Source: Nageia nagi
Lineage: Eukaryota; Plantae; Pinophyta
Assembly (NCBI GenBank): GCA_050084985.1
Contig: JBITNC010000001.1
Location: 198,338,001-198,402,000 of the forward strand
Reading direction: 5' to 3'
Length of the DNA: 64,000 nucleotides
Under the pieces are notes generated by a model. That model was not told where the DNA came from. It did no database searches and was given only the letters and a program-made list of their open reading frames with translations. A program made the translations under genes and the position numbers. This document shows positions 51,062-64,000 of the stretch, piece by piece; within the stretch, counting starts at the first letter, position 1; each line of letters begins with the position of its first letter.

Positions 51062-52937
51062 AAATTACACTCTATAAGGAGGGTAACATTATGCTATTCC
51101 TTAATTTTTTCATTCTTTCTCAATAAAATGCATGATTTTAATTCTTATTTCTTACTCCTCTTTCATTCTTTTGTAAGTACTGAAATGAGTGTATAATATT
51201 TTTTCTTAGTCATTTTTTTAAATTTTGTTAAGTCTAGGAAAATTCGAGTCATGTTTACATTATCGGGTCTTAATTTTGTAAATGTTAGTTAAAAATTCCA
51301 TTTTGTTCAAAGTAGACATTATTTATTTAGTCAGTTGGACCAAATCCAAGAATTGTACACAATTCATGATAATGAGTGTCAATCTTTAAAGCTCGTTAAG
51401 CCTTTCAAGGTTTTATTACCAGGTGTTGTTATGTAAATAAGTCCTATATGTTTTTCCTACAACACAGTTGAGTCTTCATCAATAACTGTACATACGTATA
51501 AGGTCAAAAGGCACTTTTATTTTGTCTAAGTCATGTCCAAGAGATAATGTAATTTGTAAGGGAAGTAAGTGTCTAAGTCCAAGTCTAGGTAATATGGGAA
51601 CTCAAGTTTGTTAAACTCATATTCTATAGACCTAGGTACTTTTGGGAATTATTATAAGTATGAGTCATTTTTGAGTTGAATCAATCAATGGGTAATGTTC
51701 TAGAGCTCATGAATTTCCAAAGGAAAAGTTGTATCATACATTAAAAATCAATAGGTTTTACTAAAGGACCAAGCAGTAGGTGATATGCTAATAGGTTCAT
51801 TCAATAAAACCTATCAATTTTGAATGATGAAATCACATCTTCTGATTAAAATCAATTGGTAATAAGGCAACTCCCAGTCAATCAATAAACCCATGTTGAG
51901 AAACTAAGATCCTCCAAAATAAAAAAAGGACTATGAGATAAGGGGAATACCCTAGTCCACTTAATCAAGAGTGTTTGACCCTCAAGGCTCTATCAATGTG
52001 TCAAATTTAACTCATTTCCACATGGAAATAATAGTTCTTCCTTAGGCTTTAATATTATACCTTACATTTCCCTCATAGTTCTTACAACCTAGAGCTACAA
52101 TGATCTTCATAAATGGTTGCAAAAAGTTATATGGCCATTGATAGAGCACAAAGATAAATTATACCAATCAAATTGATGGACCATACCTTGATAATCAACT
52201 ACAATTGCAATAGGATATAGTCAAAGACAAATATGAGGGATTATGGCTAAGAACATATAAATATTTAGAGTCTATAGATTCTTAGATATTGGTACTGATT
52301 GTACTTAGTTACTATGCAATCTAGCATAATTGTAAATTGAAGTTGTACATTTGTAAATAATTCTTGTTTCTATTCTTAGTCAATAGAATAATTAAGGGTA
52401 GTAATAATGGAAGACCACTCATCTATAAATATAATAATATATATAATGGACTATTAGAGGTCCATAAGGTCAAAAATTTTAGCAAGGTTTTCCAGTGTAT
52501 GAAATGCTTTCATATATGATTATACAATGCGATGATACTTTGCCCTTTGTAGTTTATGGCTATCTATTTTATTTTATATATATTATGTATGAAATGTTGT
52601 CTTAAGTTGTGGCTATGTATTGTGACTATGAGACCCCAAGAGTATGATAGTTTGCTATTCCTAATCTTGGCTATGGATTACTACTTGTGCAATAATGCTT
52701 GGGTAATTAGTTTTAGTTTGATTTATTTTAGTCTACTTTTTATCTCTTTCCAATTACTTTTGACCTTTACATAGATAGGAATCAACCTATAACCTAGAGA
52801 TTGAGTAGAAAACCCCATGAGTGCACTGTACTACCAATTTTTGCTCTTTTAAGAACCCTACTATTGTAGGAAATGGAGAACAAAACCAAAAAAAATCCTT
52901 GAGGTTACATTATACTGATCAATAATAGACTAGTTCA
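51062..52937 (+). repeat. 5' LTR of element H (start approximate)
   Basis: Colinear with 62118-64000; ends gttca before the PBS. Confidence 0.88.
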
Positions 52938-52941
52938 TTTT

Positions 52942-52958
52942 TGGCACTCCCAATGATA
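52942..52958 (+). promoter_or_regulatory. Primer binding site, degenerate tRNA-Arg type (element H)
   Basis: TGGCACTCCCAATGATA, 4 nt after the LTR end. Confidence 0.65.
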
Positions 52959-53308
52959 CTTGAACACAAATCCATATTTTATGGATGTGATTAGGATAGA
53001 GAGCTATGTATGGTAAGATATCACCTTGTGATTAAAATATTATAGGGTTTATTTAACCTTATTAGAAACTTTGCTATCAAAACCAATCAATATTTCAAAC
53101 CCTAACACCTATAGAATGCAAATTTACTAGTAGTGCTAGATATTCTTCAAGATAACCTAGATTTCAAGAGCTATCAGTTCCTCAAATGAGGACTAGGAGA
53201 AATATTTTTTTGACCTTATGTCCTCAGATTCCTTTAATACATGTCTCATTAATATCTATATTTAAATCCATATAGCAAAATCCTTCACCTCATATAAGTG
53301 GTCCAAAT

Positions 53309-56300
53309 ATGGCTCAGCCTACTCCTACAAATTTTCCTGCTTGGAATAATAGTCATCCCTTAGTTATTCCTGCTAATTCTTTGATTATTCCTCAAGAAGC
53401 ATTTAAAGTTTTACCTAAATATTATGGGTCTTGAAAAAATCCTTATGAACATTATCAAGATGTATCCTTACTAGCTTCTAGCTTTGATATCAATGATGAA
53501 ACTATCATGATGAGACTATTGTCACATTCTTTTGAAAGAAACATTGCTGAATGGTTTAGAAATCTCACCCTCAATTCATAAATATATGGGGAGAGTTATG
53601 TCAAGCTCTTATCAAGAGATTTGTTGAATATGGTAATGATAGCACCTTTTTTAGCCTCATAGAAAGTATTAAAAGACATCCACATGAGTTTGTTAGATGA
53701 TTTTAATTTAATATTTGAGAAAACTTGGAAGTCCATTCCAATAAGTATCAGGAAAATAAATGCTCAAGATTTGGTATATTATAGGAAAATATTTCTCTTA
53801 TACCTTAATGTATTAATTATTATTTCAGATGATACTTTCCCAAATGTCTATCACACAACTAAAATTATTAAGCATACCTTGGTATCTTTTGGTAAGATAC
53901 AACCTAGATCCATTATGCCCTTATTTCCTAACATACTTCCAAAGTAAGCTCCATTATAGAATCCTCATCCTAGAGTATTATCCTTGCCACCTCCTCCTCC
54001 TAAACCTATCACTCAAAACCAAGTACCAGCACTTCTAGCTCTTGCATCTACAAGTACAAATACTAGTTTTAATTCATAAGAGGAAGATAGGATAAGGTAG
54101 TTGGAGATAACTAATAGGAACCTAACAAATAATATCACTTTATAAGAGAGGCAAAATCAAGGCTTTAATTATAGGAGATATGATAACTAGTATCAATTAA
54201 GATTTCAACCAAGGAAAAATTAACCAAAACAACCACCTACTTCTAGAGTCATTGAAAATGCAATAATGATTAGTTCTATAGAAATTGATGCTTTAGGTAT
54301 TACAAAATTGTATCCTCCTTGTTTATCTCTACATTTTTCAAACTCATGTGAGGTGTATCAACACTAATATTTGGGCTTACATTTTGATCAAATGGTATAA
54401 CTTTCATCAAATCCTGCTATAGACCTTACCATGGTTAATTTTTGGCTTTTGGCCTATGCTAGAGAATAAGCCAATTGTGTTCAAATGAGAGCTTCCTCCT
54501 TAGTAGCCTTGCAACAAGCCCAAATAAATCAAAAAAATTAACAACCCATTCTAGCTCAATCTTCTCCAAAAAGAGCAAAGGCTCTTATGCTTCAACCATA
54601 GGATCAATAAAATCAACTTCCTATTCATTTGGGTCAATTTTCTCAAGATCTAGGTAATGTTGCTTCTTCAATAAGAAACCATGATGTGACCAAAAATGAA
54701 GTCTCAAAAAAAGAGAGGCCTCCTCCATTGAGATATCCTTTTATTATTGAACACCATAAGAAGAAATTCATTCAACAATTTAGATCACATCAGTTTACTA
54801 AAACAAGTAAGTTCACCCCTTATGTCCTATACAAAATTATGGAAGAATTAAAGAAAATACCTTCTAGAATGAAAATGTTTGATGCATTGAGGATTCTAGG
54901 TCAGATTGACCTCTTGTAAGAAGCTTTGAATCTTAAAAATAATTAAAAAAATGTAAATGAGGGTAATGTAGTATTTTCTATTTTTGATGATGTCCCTCCA
55001 GCTCTTGTAGGCATAAGAAGGCATCCACCTTTTTATATCTCTTAGATTATAAGGTTAGGTAGTTAATAATTGTATGATTGATATTGGAGCTACCATTACC
55101 GTTATTCTTAAAGCTATTGCAAATGAGATTAAATGTATATTACTTGATGCATATATAGAGTTATGCAAGTAGATTCTTCTCCAATATATGTATTTGGTTG
55201 TGTAAAAGGATTTTCCATAACCCTAAATGCATTCCTTGATATCTATGTCATTCAAGATATTATTATCATTGATCTTCCACCCATATTTGGTATCTACTTA
55301 TCTAGAGAATTCAATACCAATTTAGGAGGGTACTTAGCCTTAGATTATACACATCTCCTACTATCCTTCCAAAATAAGTAGGTTAAAATCCCAAATGAGG
55401 GAACTAAAAATGTTCATCTCAAAAAGATCATAGAACAAAACTATTTGAATGGCCTTGTACTAGTAGAAGTATTTGAGAGGGAGACACTTAGAGAAACATT
55501 TCTAACCATAGAACATGTGATATTGATGATGTACTTCAAGAAATCACTATTTGAAGGCCTACATAAATACATTATGGGACTTATTAGAGGCATTCATGGC
55601 AATCAATTTCATCTCTATTCCTAGGAGGTACAATCAAGTTGTTGATACACTTGTGGGTAAAGGAGCATGTTACAATCTCATTCATCATAATAGAGGAAGT
55701 TGTGGAGTTAAATTCCTATGTAGACCATCTATGCATAACACTGCAAACTTTTGGTATGTATTTGACTCTAATGAGCATATTATAAATTTCCTTATATATG
55801 AAATAGTAGCTCATACCTTTGATGTTGAAGAACTACCTAATTGTTTCCAAGATTCAAACATTATACAACTCAAAAATAACATCATTACCAAAGTATTGGT
55901 CTCTTTGGAATGACTATTTGATTTTGAAGATGTTCAAAAAGTCAAAACTTTAACTCTTCAAAAGGATAGCAATGTTGAGTTAGAAGTTGAACCCAAAAAA
56001 TGCATAAAAGTTGGATTAGAATGCTTTGAAGAAGAAAAATAGATGATACTTTAGATTTATCATGAGTTCACAAGGCAATTTATTAAATATATGATGATAT
56101 GAAAATATATAATAAGAATATGATCCAACACACCATTGAGCGAAAGCCAAAAGTCAAGCCATACAGATAAAAGCAAAGGCTAGTAAACCTAAGAATAGAA
56201 GAGGCTATGAAGTAGGAGTTAATTAAACTTATAGATGCCAAAATTATCTATCCTATCAAGCATTCTTCTTGGGTAGCCTATTTAGTCCCAATTAAGAAAA

Positions 56301-58726
56301 AGAGTGAAGAATTCAGTCTATGCATAGATGTCAAAAACTTGAATCAAGTGTCTCTCAAATACAATTATCCTCTTCCCCCTATGGAACAAATCCTACACAT
56401 AATAGTCAAAGCTTACTATTTTTCTATGATTGATGACTATTCAAGATTTAACCAAATTTGGGTAAAAAATGAAGATTAGTTCAAAAGTAGATTTACTACC
56501 AAATGGGGGATATTTGCATTTAAGAGAATACCTTTGGGTCTCTCTAATGTTGGGGCTACTTTTTAGAGAGCTAGGGACCATGCCTTTGGTGACTTGATAA
56601 ACAAGATAATCCTAGTCTACTTGGATGACATCATATTATTTTCTAAGAGTAGAAATGACCATTTGAATAATATTAGGCAAGTTTTTGAAAAATATACAAA
56701 ATTTGAGATTTCTATCAATCCTAAAAAGTCTATTTTTATGGTTAACTAAGGAAAATTGCTTGATAATATTATCTCAAAAAAAGGATTGGCAATTGATCCA
56801 AATAGAGTGAAAGTGATTGAAGCATTGCCTCTACCCTTCCAAGAAGGCCCTATAATCCTTCCTTGGTCAAATCAATTTTTTTAGAAAATTTATTAATGAT
56901 TTTTTAGAGATTATTTCTCCAATCATAGCAATGTTAAAGAAAGATGCCATATTCTCCTAATTAGAAGAAGCAAAGTAAGCTTTTCAAGATATTAAAAAGG
57001 TTATAATAGAATATCCTATTTTGAAAAATCTTAATTTTTCAAAGGATTTTATCATGTATGCATATAGAGCAGACAAGAGTGTTGTCTCCAAGCATAGAAG
57101 AATGACCAGAAGGAAGAACATCATATTACCTTTCATAGCTAAAAATTGAACCAACATCAAATAAGGTACTCATTTATTGAAAAATAAGTCTTTTCCATAA
57201 TGAAAGGGCTTAAGATGTTTAAGCATTATGTGTCCCATAACAAAATCCTTGTATATATTATCCACCCATATGTAAGAAATTATGTTATCCAAGGAGAGTT
57301 GGGTGAAGGAAAAGCTAGTTGGTTCAAAATAATAATGGAATATGATGTAGAAATTAAACCAACTAAGCTAATAAAGGGAAGATCCCTTTATGAAAACATA
57401 GCAGAGGCCATACACATGATTGCTATCATAGAGGATGAGGAGCATCTCAATAAAGAGAGTGATTGGATAAAGCAATTTACTTTTTATTTTAGAACCAAAA
57501 AATGTCTTGAATCTTTGGATAGGTTCCAAAGAAAGAGATTCAAATTACAAACATTAAAATTTATGACTATAGATGATCGTATTCATAGAAAAAATTTTGA
57601 TCATACCTTGTTAAGATGTGTGACTTAGGATGAAGCCTAAAGAATTTTACATGAATTTCATTATGGATTATCTGGAGGATACTAGAGTGGTCCTACTTCT
57701 ACAGCAAAAATATTACAAGCAAGCTATTATTATCTTATAATGTTTCAAGATCCATTCAAGATAGCTTGGGAATATGATAAATATAGTAGATATATGGAAA
57801 AAAGAAGACAAGATACAATGCCTCTTAAGCCTATGGTTGTTGAAGAACCTTTTCAATAATGGGGTCTAGACTTCATTAATGTTGTAAACCTAAATTCTTC
57901 AATAGGCCAATAGTTTATTCTAACTGCAATAGACTACTTCACAAGATGGTCAAAACCCATCCCATGCAAAAATGTAGATAAAGAGGAAATAATTAAAATG
58001 GCTAAGAGATTGATTACTTGCTTTGGTATCCCACAAACTATTATATCATACAATGGTCCTACATTTATTGTAGCTAATTTTTCAAACTTTGTTACTGAGT
58101 ATGATATCTACTGGATGTTCTCTTCAAATTATTACCTATAAGGGAACGAGTGAGTAGAATAAAAAAATAAAAACTTAACCTAGATAATTAAAAGGACAAT
58201 TGAAGGGAATCCTAGACAATGGTATACATAATTAAACTATGCATTATGGGAAGATAGGATCAATGGTAAATTAACCATCAAGACATCTCCCTATGCATTA
58301 GTATATGGTAAGAGACCAGTGTTTCCAATTCATCTTGAATTACTAGTATTGAAAATCCTACAAGGTCTAGAAGAATATGATTTTGAGGCACTACAAAAAA
58401 GGTTCAATTAGTTAATGAAGTTGGAGAATGGAAGAAACAAAGCATACCAATCCTTCCAACATTGATAACAAATTGTTAAGAAGTGGTTTAAAAATAAGAA
58501 GTCTTCCTAGGTAAAGTTTGAAGTTAGAGACATCATCCTCAAATGGGATGAAGAAAGAGTAAAGCCCAAGAAACATCAAAAATTTGATTCCTTATGGAGT
58601 AGGCCCTATATCATCATTCAAGATTTATATAACAATGCATTCAACCTTCAAGATATTACCAGGTATTAGGAACTATCTATTCTAGTGAACGGGATCTATT
58701 TAAAATATTATCAGGTAGTAGGGTGA
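53309..58726 (+). pseudogene. Degenerate gag-pol of element H
   Basis: Gag MMRLLSHSFERNIAEWFRNL; protease NCMIDIGAT (~55070); RT FSMIDDYSRFNQI...PLGLSNVGATF...VYLDDII; RH tail IMEYDVEIKP; IN WGLDFI...IDYFTRW...YYL*GN...LWSRP. Confidence 0.92.
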
Positions 58727-59294
58727 TTCCATAACACCCGCCAAACATTTAAAGTGTACAAACTCTAATGTTTCATTTATTATTATTTTCAAAAAAATAT
58801 TATTATTGGTTGTGTATATTAGTTCATCAATGGTGCACTTCCTAAGAAAGTAGGTAGCCATTAATGCTTGCATTAACTAGGCATGGTGGAGGTTAAACCC
58901 ATCATATATAAACTATCTAATTAAAAGGATGATATTTAAGAACTAAATTTCCTCAAAAAAACCACTAGCCATGCCTTATTGTCTAATTTAAATCTGGTGT
59001 GCTTAAATTAAATATGATCTTGCATGTCATCACTAGCACCACACTATGTGTGAAATCTTGATATTTCTTATTCATTAATTACCATTAATAAAGGTCAATC
59101 GCAAACCCTAAGCAAATAAAACATACTCCCTAACCTAGTATTTCCTCACTTAGAGAATTTTAAAGCCCAACATTTCTAGAGCATATTATCTATAGAACTT
59201 TTAGCATGAGGTGTGCAAGAGTATCAAAGTTTGATCTTATAGAAATTTTAGGTACTTAATTCTTACCCAAGCTACACAAAAGTTATTAAACTTC

Positions 59295-62057
59295 ATGGCA
59301 AGTATTAAGAAGCCAATAATGATTAAGGAAGAGGGGATGGATGCTAACCTAATAGCAATTCATAAGGAGTACCTAGAAAATGCTCTCAATGTAAATTGGA
59401 TGGAGATGGGAATTGGAGAGTGAACCTTGAAAGAATCCTATTGTAGCACCAGATACTAGAAGTCATAAGTAAATGGAATTCATTGGTAGAATAAAAAAAG
59501 AAATGTTATGCTGGATCAAGGCTTGGCATATTATGTGCCCTACAAGTCCTTCACCTATATGGAGCTCCTTTCCTCCATCTCACTTAGGCACAACTTGTAG
59601 GGTTATGAGGTTAAAGCTTATAAGGAACAAAAGAAGGGAGAAACATAGTCCAAGTACAAACCTGATATCCTTTTGGAATCCTCCCTAGAGGTAAATACAC
59701 ATGCATTTGCAATCCTTGCTAACTAGAGCTTCCATATCAAGAAGCAAGTCAATCTCAAGAGAGAAAAGGTTGATTTTTATCAAAATGATAATGAGATGCT
59801 AAACTAGATTGACAAGAGGTATGAAGGGAGCTGCAACAATCTACTATAGAGCTACAACATCACCTCTTTTGAGAAATCATGGGATAGATAGGTCCTATAG
59901 GCATTAGTTGTTATTCTTGGAAAGAAAACCCGAATTGAGGTAGATGAGGCCATGATGCAAATGGCATACAATATTACTAAGGCACATATCTATTGATTTT
60001 TCTACCTTCATATCAAATGATGTCAAGAAAAATCTATTCAATATTGAAAAATATGATTTTTGGTATTTGTCATACTTATGGTGGCTCATAGTCCACCAAA
60101 ATTTGGAAGCTTTGGTGGAAGGAGGGCTTCAGATTACACCAAAAACTTTGTCCACAACACTCACAACAATTGATTTAAGAGTCTTGATACTTACAAAAAT
60201 CCATGGCTCATATTATGATTTTATGGAAAAATTCTTTGCTCCAATAATGCAGATCCTCATGGGGAAAGTTACTCATAAATTGTACTAGTCGACCATGCAG
60301 GATTTGCAAGGAGGAAACAACATTGAAACTCATTTTTGTTACCAAAATTTGTTACCCCCCATTGTATTCTTTATAAATAGATAGGAAAATGTGGGTAATA
60401 GAAATTAAGTATGGGTTTGGGGGTAATTTTAAACCCATTATCAAATTGCCTACCATTGCTATAAATTTTACTTTGATAGAAATAGGTTGCAAAGATGAGT
60501 TAACAGATTTTATTATACAAAATTTTAAATTACATAGGGTAGATGCCCCTTAGATGTATGAACCAGTAAGTGGTATTATAAAAAATAATAAAATCAAATA
60601 AGAAAAGCCTGGTATTTGCCCATGAAGCTTGATCACATGTAGAATATTTTGCAAATCAATTGGAATAAGAGGCTAAGGCATCCTTAGAGTGGGAATTCAA
60701 GATTTTGGAAGGCATGGATGACCCTTAAGGGCATAAAAAAAATACAAGTTCTAGGAGGTTCAATGATAGGAATTTTCCTTGGACCTGAAGGTCATTGCCC
60801 AATTATGGGATGAGTTAGCATGGGATCCCAATAAAATTGAGTATTTTACTAAGTTTAGATTTGAATATACCACAAAAACCAACCATGTTGAGAAGCAACA
60901 TTTTGGTGAGTTCCAATATGATCAGTATTGGAATGCCCAGTACATGCAAGGTCCACTCCTAGAGATAGGAAAGCCTCTCTAGGATAATTTCCAAGGAACA
61001 TTAGGAGGAGAGAATAAACCATTGGTGCAATGGGTACTGAAGTTGCAAAACCCAAGGAAGAGAAGAGTAAAAGAAGGTTTCAATTCATGCTAGACTAAAA
61101 AAAGGAAAAAGAAATAACAACTACTTCTTGGGAGTCTTCTCCAAAGAGAAGAAGAAGAATTAAAATGCTATTGCAAGCATAAAATACCCCAAAGGAGAAA
61201 CAAGTACCAAAAAAGGAGGCATGTACTAGTAAACCATTTGAGGTTAAAATCATAAAGATATCATCTCCTTTGGAAATAAGCCATGAACAACCTCAACCAA
61301 ATACAAGGGAAATTGAACTAATGGACATTAAAGAAACCCAAAGGCTCCAAATCACTAACACCATTATTTATCAAGATGGTCAAGAAGAAATAGGGGATGA
61401 AGTACAATAAGAGGGAGGAAATGTACTAGGCATGGGTGGTACTATAGTAGCGATAGGTGATGTGGTTGAAGATAGAGGTGATGATGATGAAAAAGATCCA
61501 AATAAAAAGAAAGAATCCAACCCAAAGGAAAATACACCTAAATAAAAGCCCATCATAGATGAAGAAGAAGAGGATCCCATACAAATCATTCTAAGAAGGA
61601 CCAAGGATATCTATGATTTGCAAGATTTAGTGTTTATTTTGGACTTGGAGAGACATCAATTAAACATAAACATTAGCTTTCTAAATAGATTCTTTCAATA
61701 TTTAGTCCAATTAAATGATCCCAAACTATGGGAGGAACTATATTTATAGGGTAGCATTGATCAATTTTGGAATAGTCATTTTTAGATAAATAGATTTCAG
61801 ACCTACAAGAAATAAGTGATATGGCTCAAGAAGTAGTATCAAGATTTTTGTATGCTAGAAGATTGGAGAGTGTGTTGAAAAGCTTTAGAGCAAATTTGGA
61901 TAAGATACAAGCATGCCCTATTTTATCACAAGTGGATAATTATGATTTAAAAGATCTATATAAGAAGTTACAATATTTGCATCCTTCAAATTTAATCCCA
62001 CCACCAGAAATCTCGCTAAAACATCCACCTGGGAAAGTGCATGGAAATGGCCAATAA
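59295..62057 (+). pseudogene. Extra ORF of unknown function downstream of pol in element H (decayed)
   Basis: ATG 59295 MASIKKPIMIKEEG...; coding-like fragments ...DFSTFISNDVKKNLFNIEKYDFWYLSYLWWLIVHQNL..., track ORFs 60067, 60779 and 61821, and an E/K-rich low-complexity middle. No family recognised. Confidence 0.6.
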
Positions 62058-62117
62058 GGATGCCATTCTTTACAAGTTGAATACCCCAAGAGCTACCAGA
62101 AGACTATTATTCTTTTA

Positions 62118-64000
62118 TAATTACACTTTGTAAGGAGGGTAACATTCCCTTATTCCTTAATTCTTTCATTCTTTTATTCTTTCTCAATAAAATTCATGCT
62201 TTTAATTCCCATTTATTACTCCCCTTTAATTCTTTTACAAGTACTACAATGAGTGTATAATCTTTATTCTTAGTCATTTTTGTCAAATTTTGTTAAGTCT
62301 AGAAAAATTCGGGTCATGTTTCCATTATCGGGTCTTAATTTTGTAAATGTTAGTTAAAAGTGCCATTTTGTTCAAAGCAGACATTATTTGTCTAGTCATT
62401 TGGATCAAATCAGGAAATTGTACACAATTCATGATAATGAGTGTCAATCTTTAAAGCTAGTTAAGTCTTTTCTAAGTTTTACTATCAAGTGTTATTATGT
62501 AAATAAGTCCCATATATTTTTCAAATAGCACAATTGAGTCTTCATCAATAACTATACATTGGTCTAAGTTTGAAAGGCACTTTTATTTTTTCTAAGTCAT
62601 GTCCAAGAGATAATGTAATTTATAAGGGAAGTAAATGTCTAAGTCTAAGTTTGAGTAATATGGGAAGTCAAATCTATTGTAGAACGAGGTACTTATTCTA
62701 GGTAGTATTGGAAATATGAGTCATTTTTGAGTTGAATCAATCAATGAGTAATGTCTTAGAGCTCATGAATTTCTAAAGGAAAAGTTGTACCATACATCAA
62801 AAATTAGCAAGCACTAAGTTAGTCCATCAATGGGTCTTACCGAAGGACAAATCAATGAGATATATTTAAATAGGTTCATTCCATAGAACATACCTATTTT
62901 GAGTGATGATGTCACACATTTTGATTAAAATCAATGGGTAATAAAGTAACTCCTAATTAGTCAATAAACCCCTCCAAATAAAGTAAGACCTACCAAACTA
63001 AAAATAGAACTATGAGATAAGAGGAATACTTGGGTCCACTTAATCAAGAGTGATTAACCCCTAGGGCTCTACCAATATGTTAAATTTGACTCATTTCCAC
63101 ATGGAAATAGAAGTTATTCCTTAGGATTCAATGTTATACCTTGCATTTCCCTCATAATTCTTGCAACCTAGAGCTATAATGATCTTCATAAATGGTTGCA
63201 AAAAGTTATATGGACACTAAAAGAGGATAAAGAAAACCCATACCAATCAAATTGGTGTAGCATACTTTGATAATCAGCTATAATTGTAATAGGATATAAT
63301 AAATGACAAATCAAAGAGATTAAAATTGAGAACTTATAAAGATTCAAAGTCTATAGATTCCCAAGCATTAGAGCTGATTGTACTTAGTTACTGTGCAATC
63401 TAGCATAGTTGTAAATTGAAGTTGTACATTTGTAAATAATTCTTGTTTCAATTCTTAGTCAATAGAGCAATTAAGGGTAGTAATGATGGAAAACCACTCA
63501 TTTGTAAATAGAATAGTATAAATAGTGGACTATTAGAGGTCTATAAGTTCAGACATTTTAGTAAAGTTGCCTAGTGTATGAAATTCTTTCATATTTGATA
63601 ATACAATGCAATGATACTTTTCCCTATACAGTTTGTGGCTATATATTCTATATTTTAGATATTATGTATGAAACATTATCTTAAGTTGTGGCTATGTATT
63701 ATGACTACAAGATCCTAAGAGTAAGCTAGTTTTCTATTCCTAATCTTGACTATGGATTGCTACCTATGTGGTAATGCCCAAGCTAATTAGTTTTAGTTTG
63801 CTTTGTTATCCTTTTCTAGTTACTTTTGACCTTTACATAGATAGGAATTGGCCTATAACCTAAAGATTAAGCAGAAAACCCCATGAGCACACTATCCCAC
63901 CACTTTCTTCTCTTTTGAGAACCCTATTATTGTAGGCAATTGAGAACATGACCAAACCAAACCCTTGAGGTTACATTATATTGATCAATAATAATATTGC
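62118..64000 (+). repeat. 3' LTR of element H (cut off by the window end)
   Basis: Colinear with 51062-52937 up to ...gaggttacattata.tgatcaataata. Confidence 0.88.

Larger units (their letters stand above)
51062..64000 (+). mobile_element. Element H: Tat-lineage Gypsy element, PR-aRH-RT-RH-IN order plus downstream extra ORF
   Basis: ~1.9-kb direct repeats 51062-52937 and 62118-64000 (runs to the window edge); PBS at 52942; degenerate gag-pol. Left LTR boundary uncertain. Confidence 0.9.

Overview
AT-rich, strongly CpG-depleted plant nuclear DNA. The retroelement types suggest a gymnosperm/conifer-type giga-genome (inference). The only intact host gene is an intronless photosystem II assembly factor Psb27 (4535-5080, +), on a CpG-rich island with an I-box/I-box/G-box promoter. 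A decayed partial copy of it lies ~4.3 kb upstream, and a Mutator-like remnant sits between them. Everything after ~5.8 kb is nested, degenerate LTR retrotransposon: (A) a relatively young chromovirus-type Gypsy deletion derivative with ATGAA TSD; (B) a Copia PBS+LTR relic hosting A and C; (C) a tRNA-Trp-primed Tat-type deletion derivative; (D) a solo LTR; (E) an integrase-deleted Copia; (F) a large Tat/Ogre element carrying an antisense Plant Mobile Domain (MAIN-like) gene; (G) a 14.2 kb Tat/Ogre element nested in F with CTAAT TSD and an LTR minisatellite; (H) a Tat element with a PR-aRH-RT-RH-IN domain order and a ~2.8 kb extra ORF of unknown function. I see no intact, clearly novel multi-gene system. 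The best leads are the retroelement accessory genes (PMD, unknown ORF), the in-frame pol deletions, and the Psb27 gene/pseudogene pair. All counts and alignments were done by eye.
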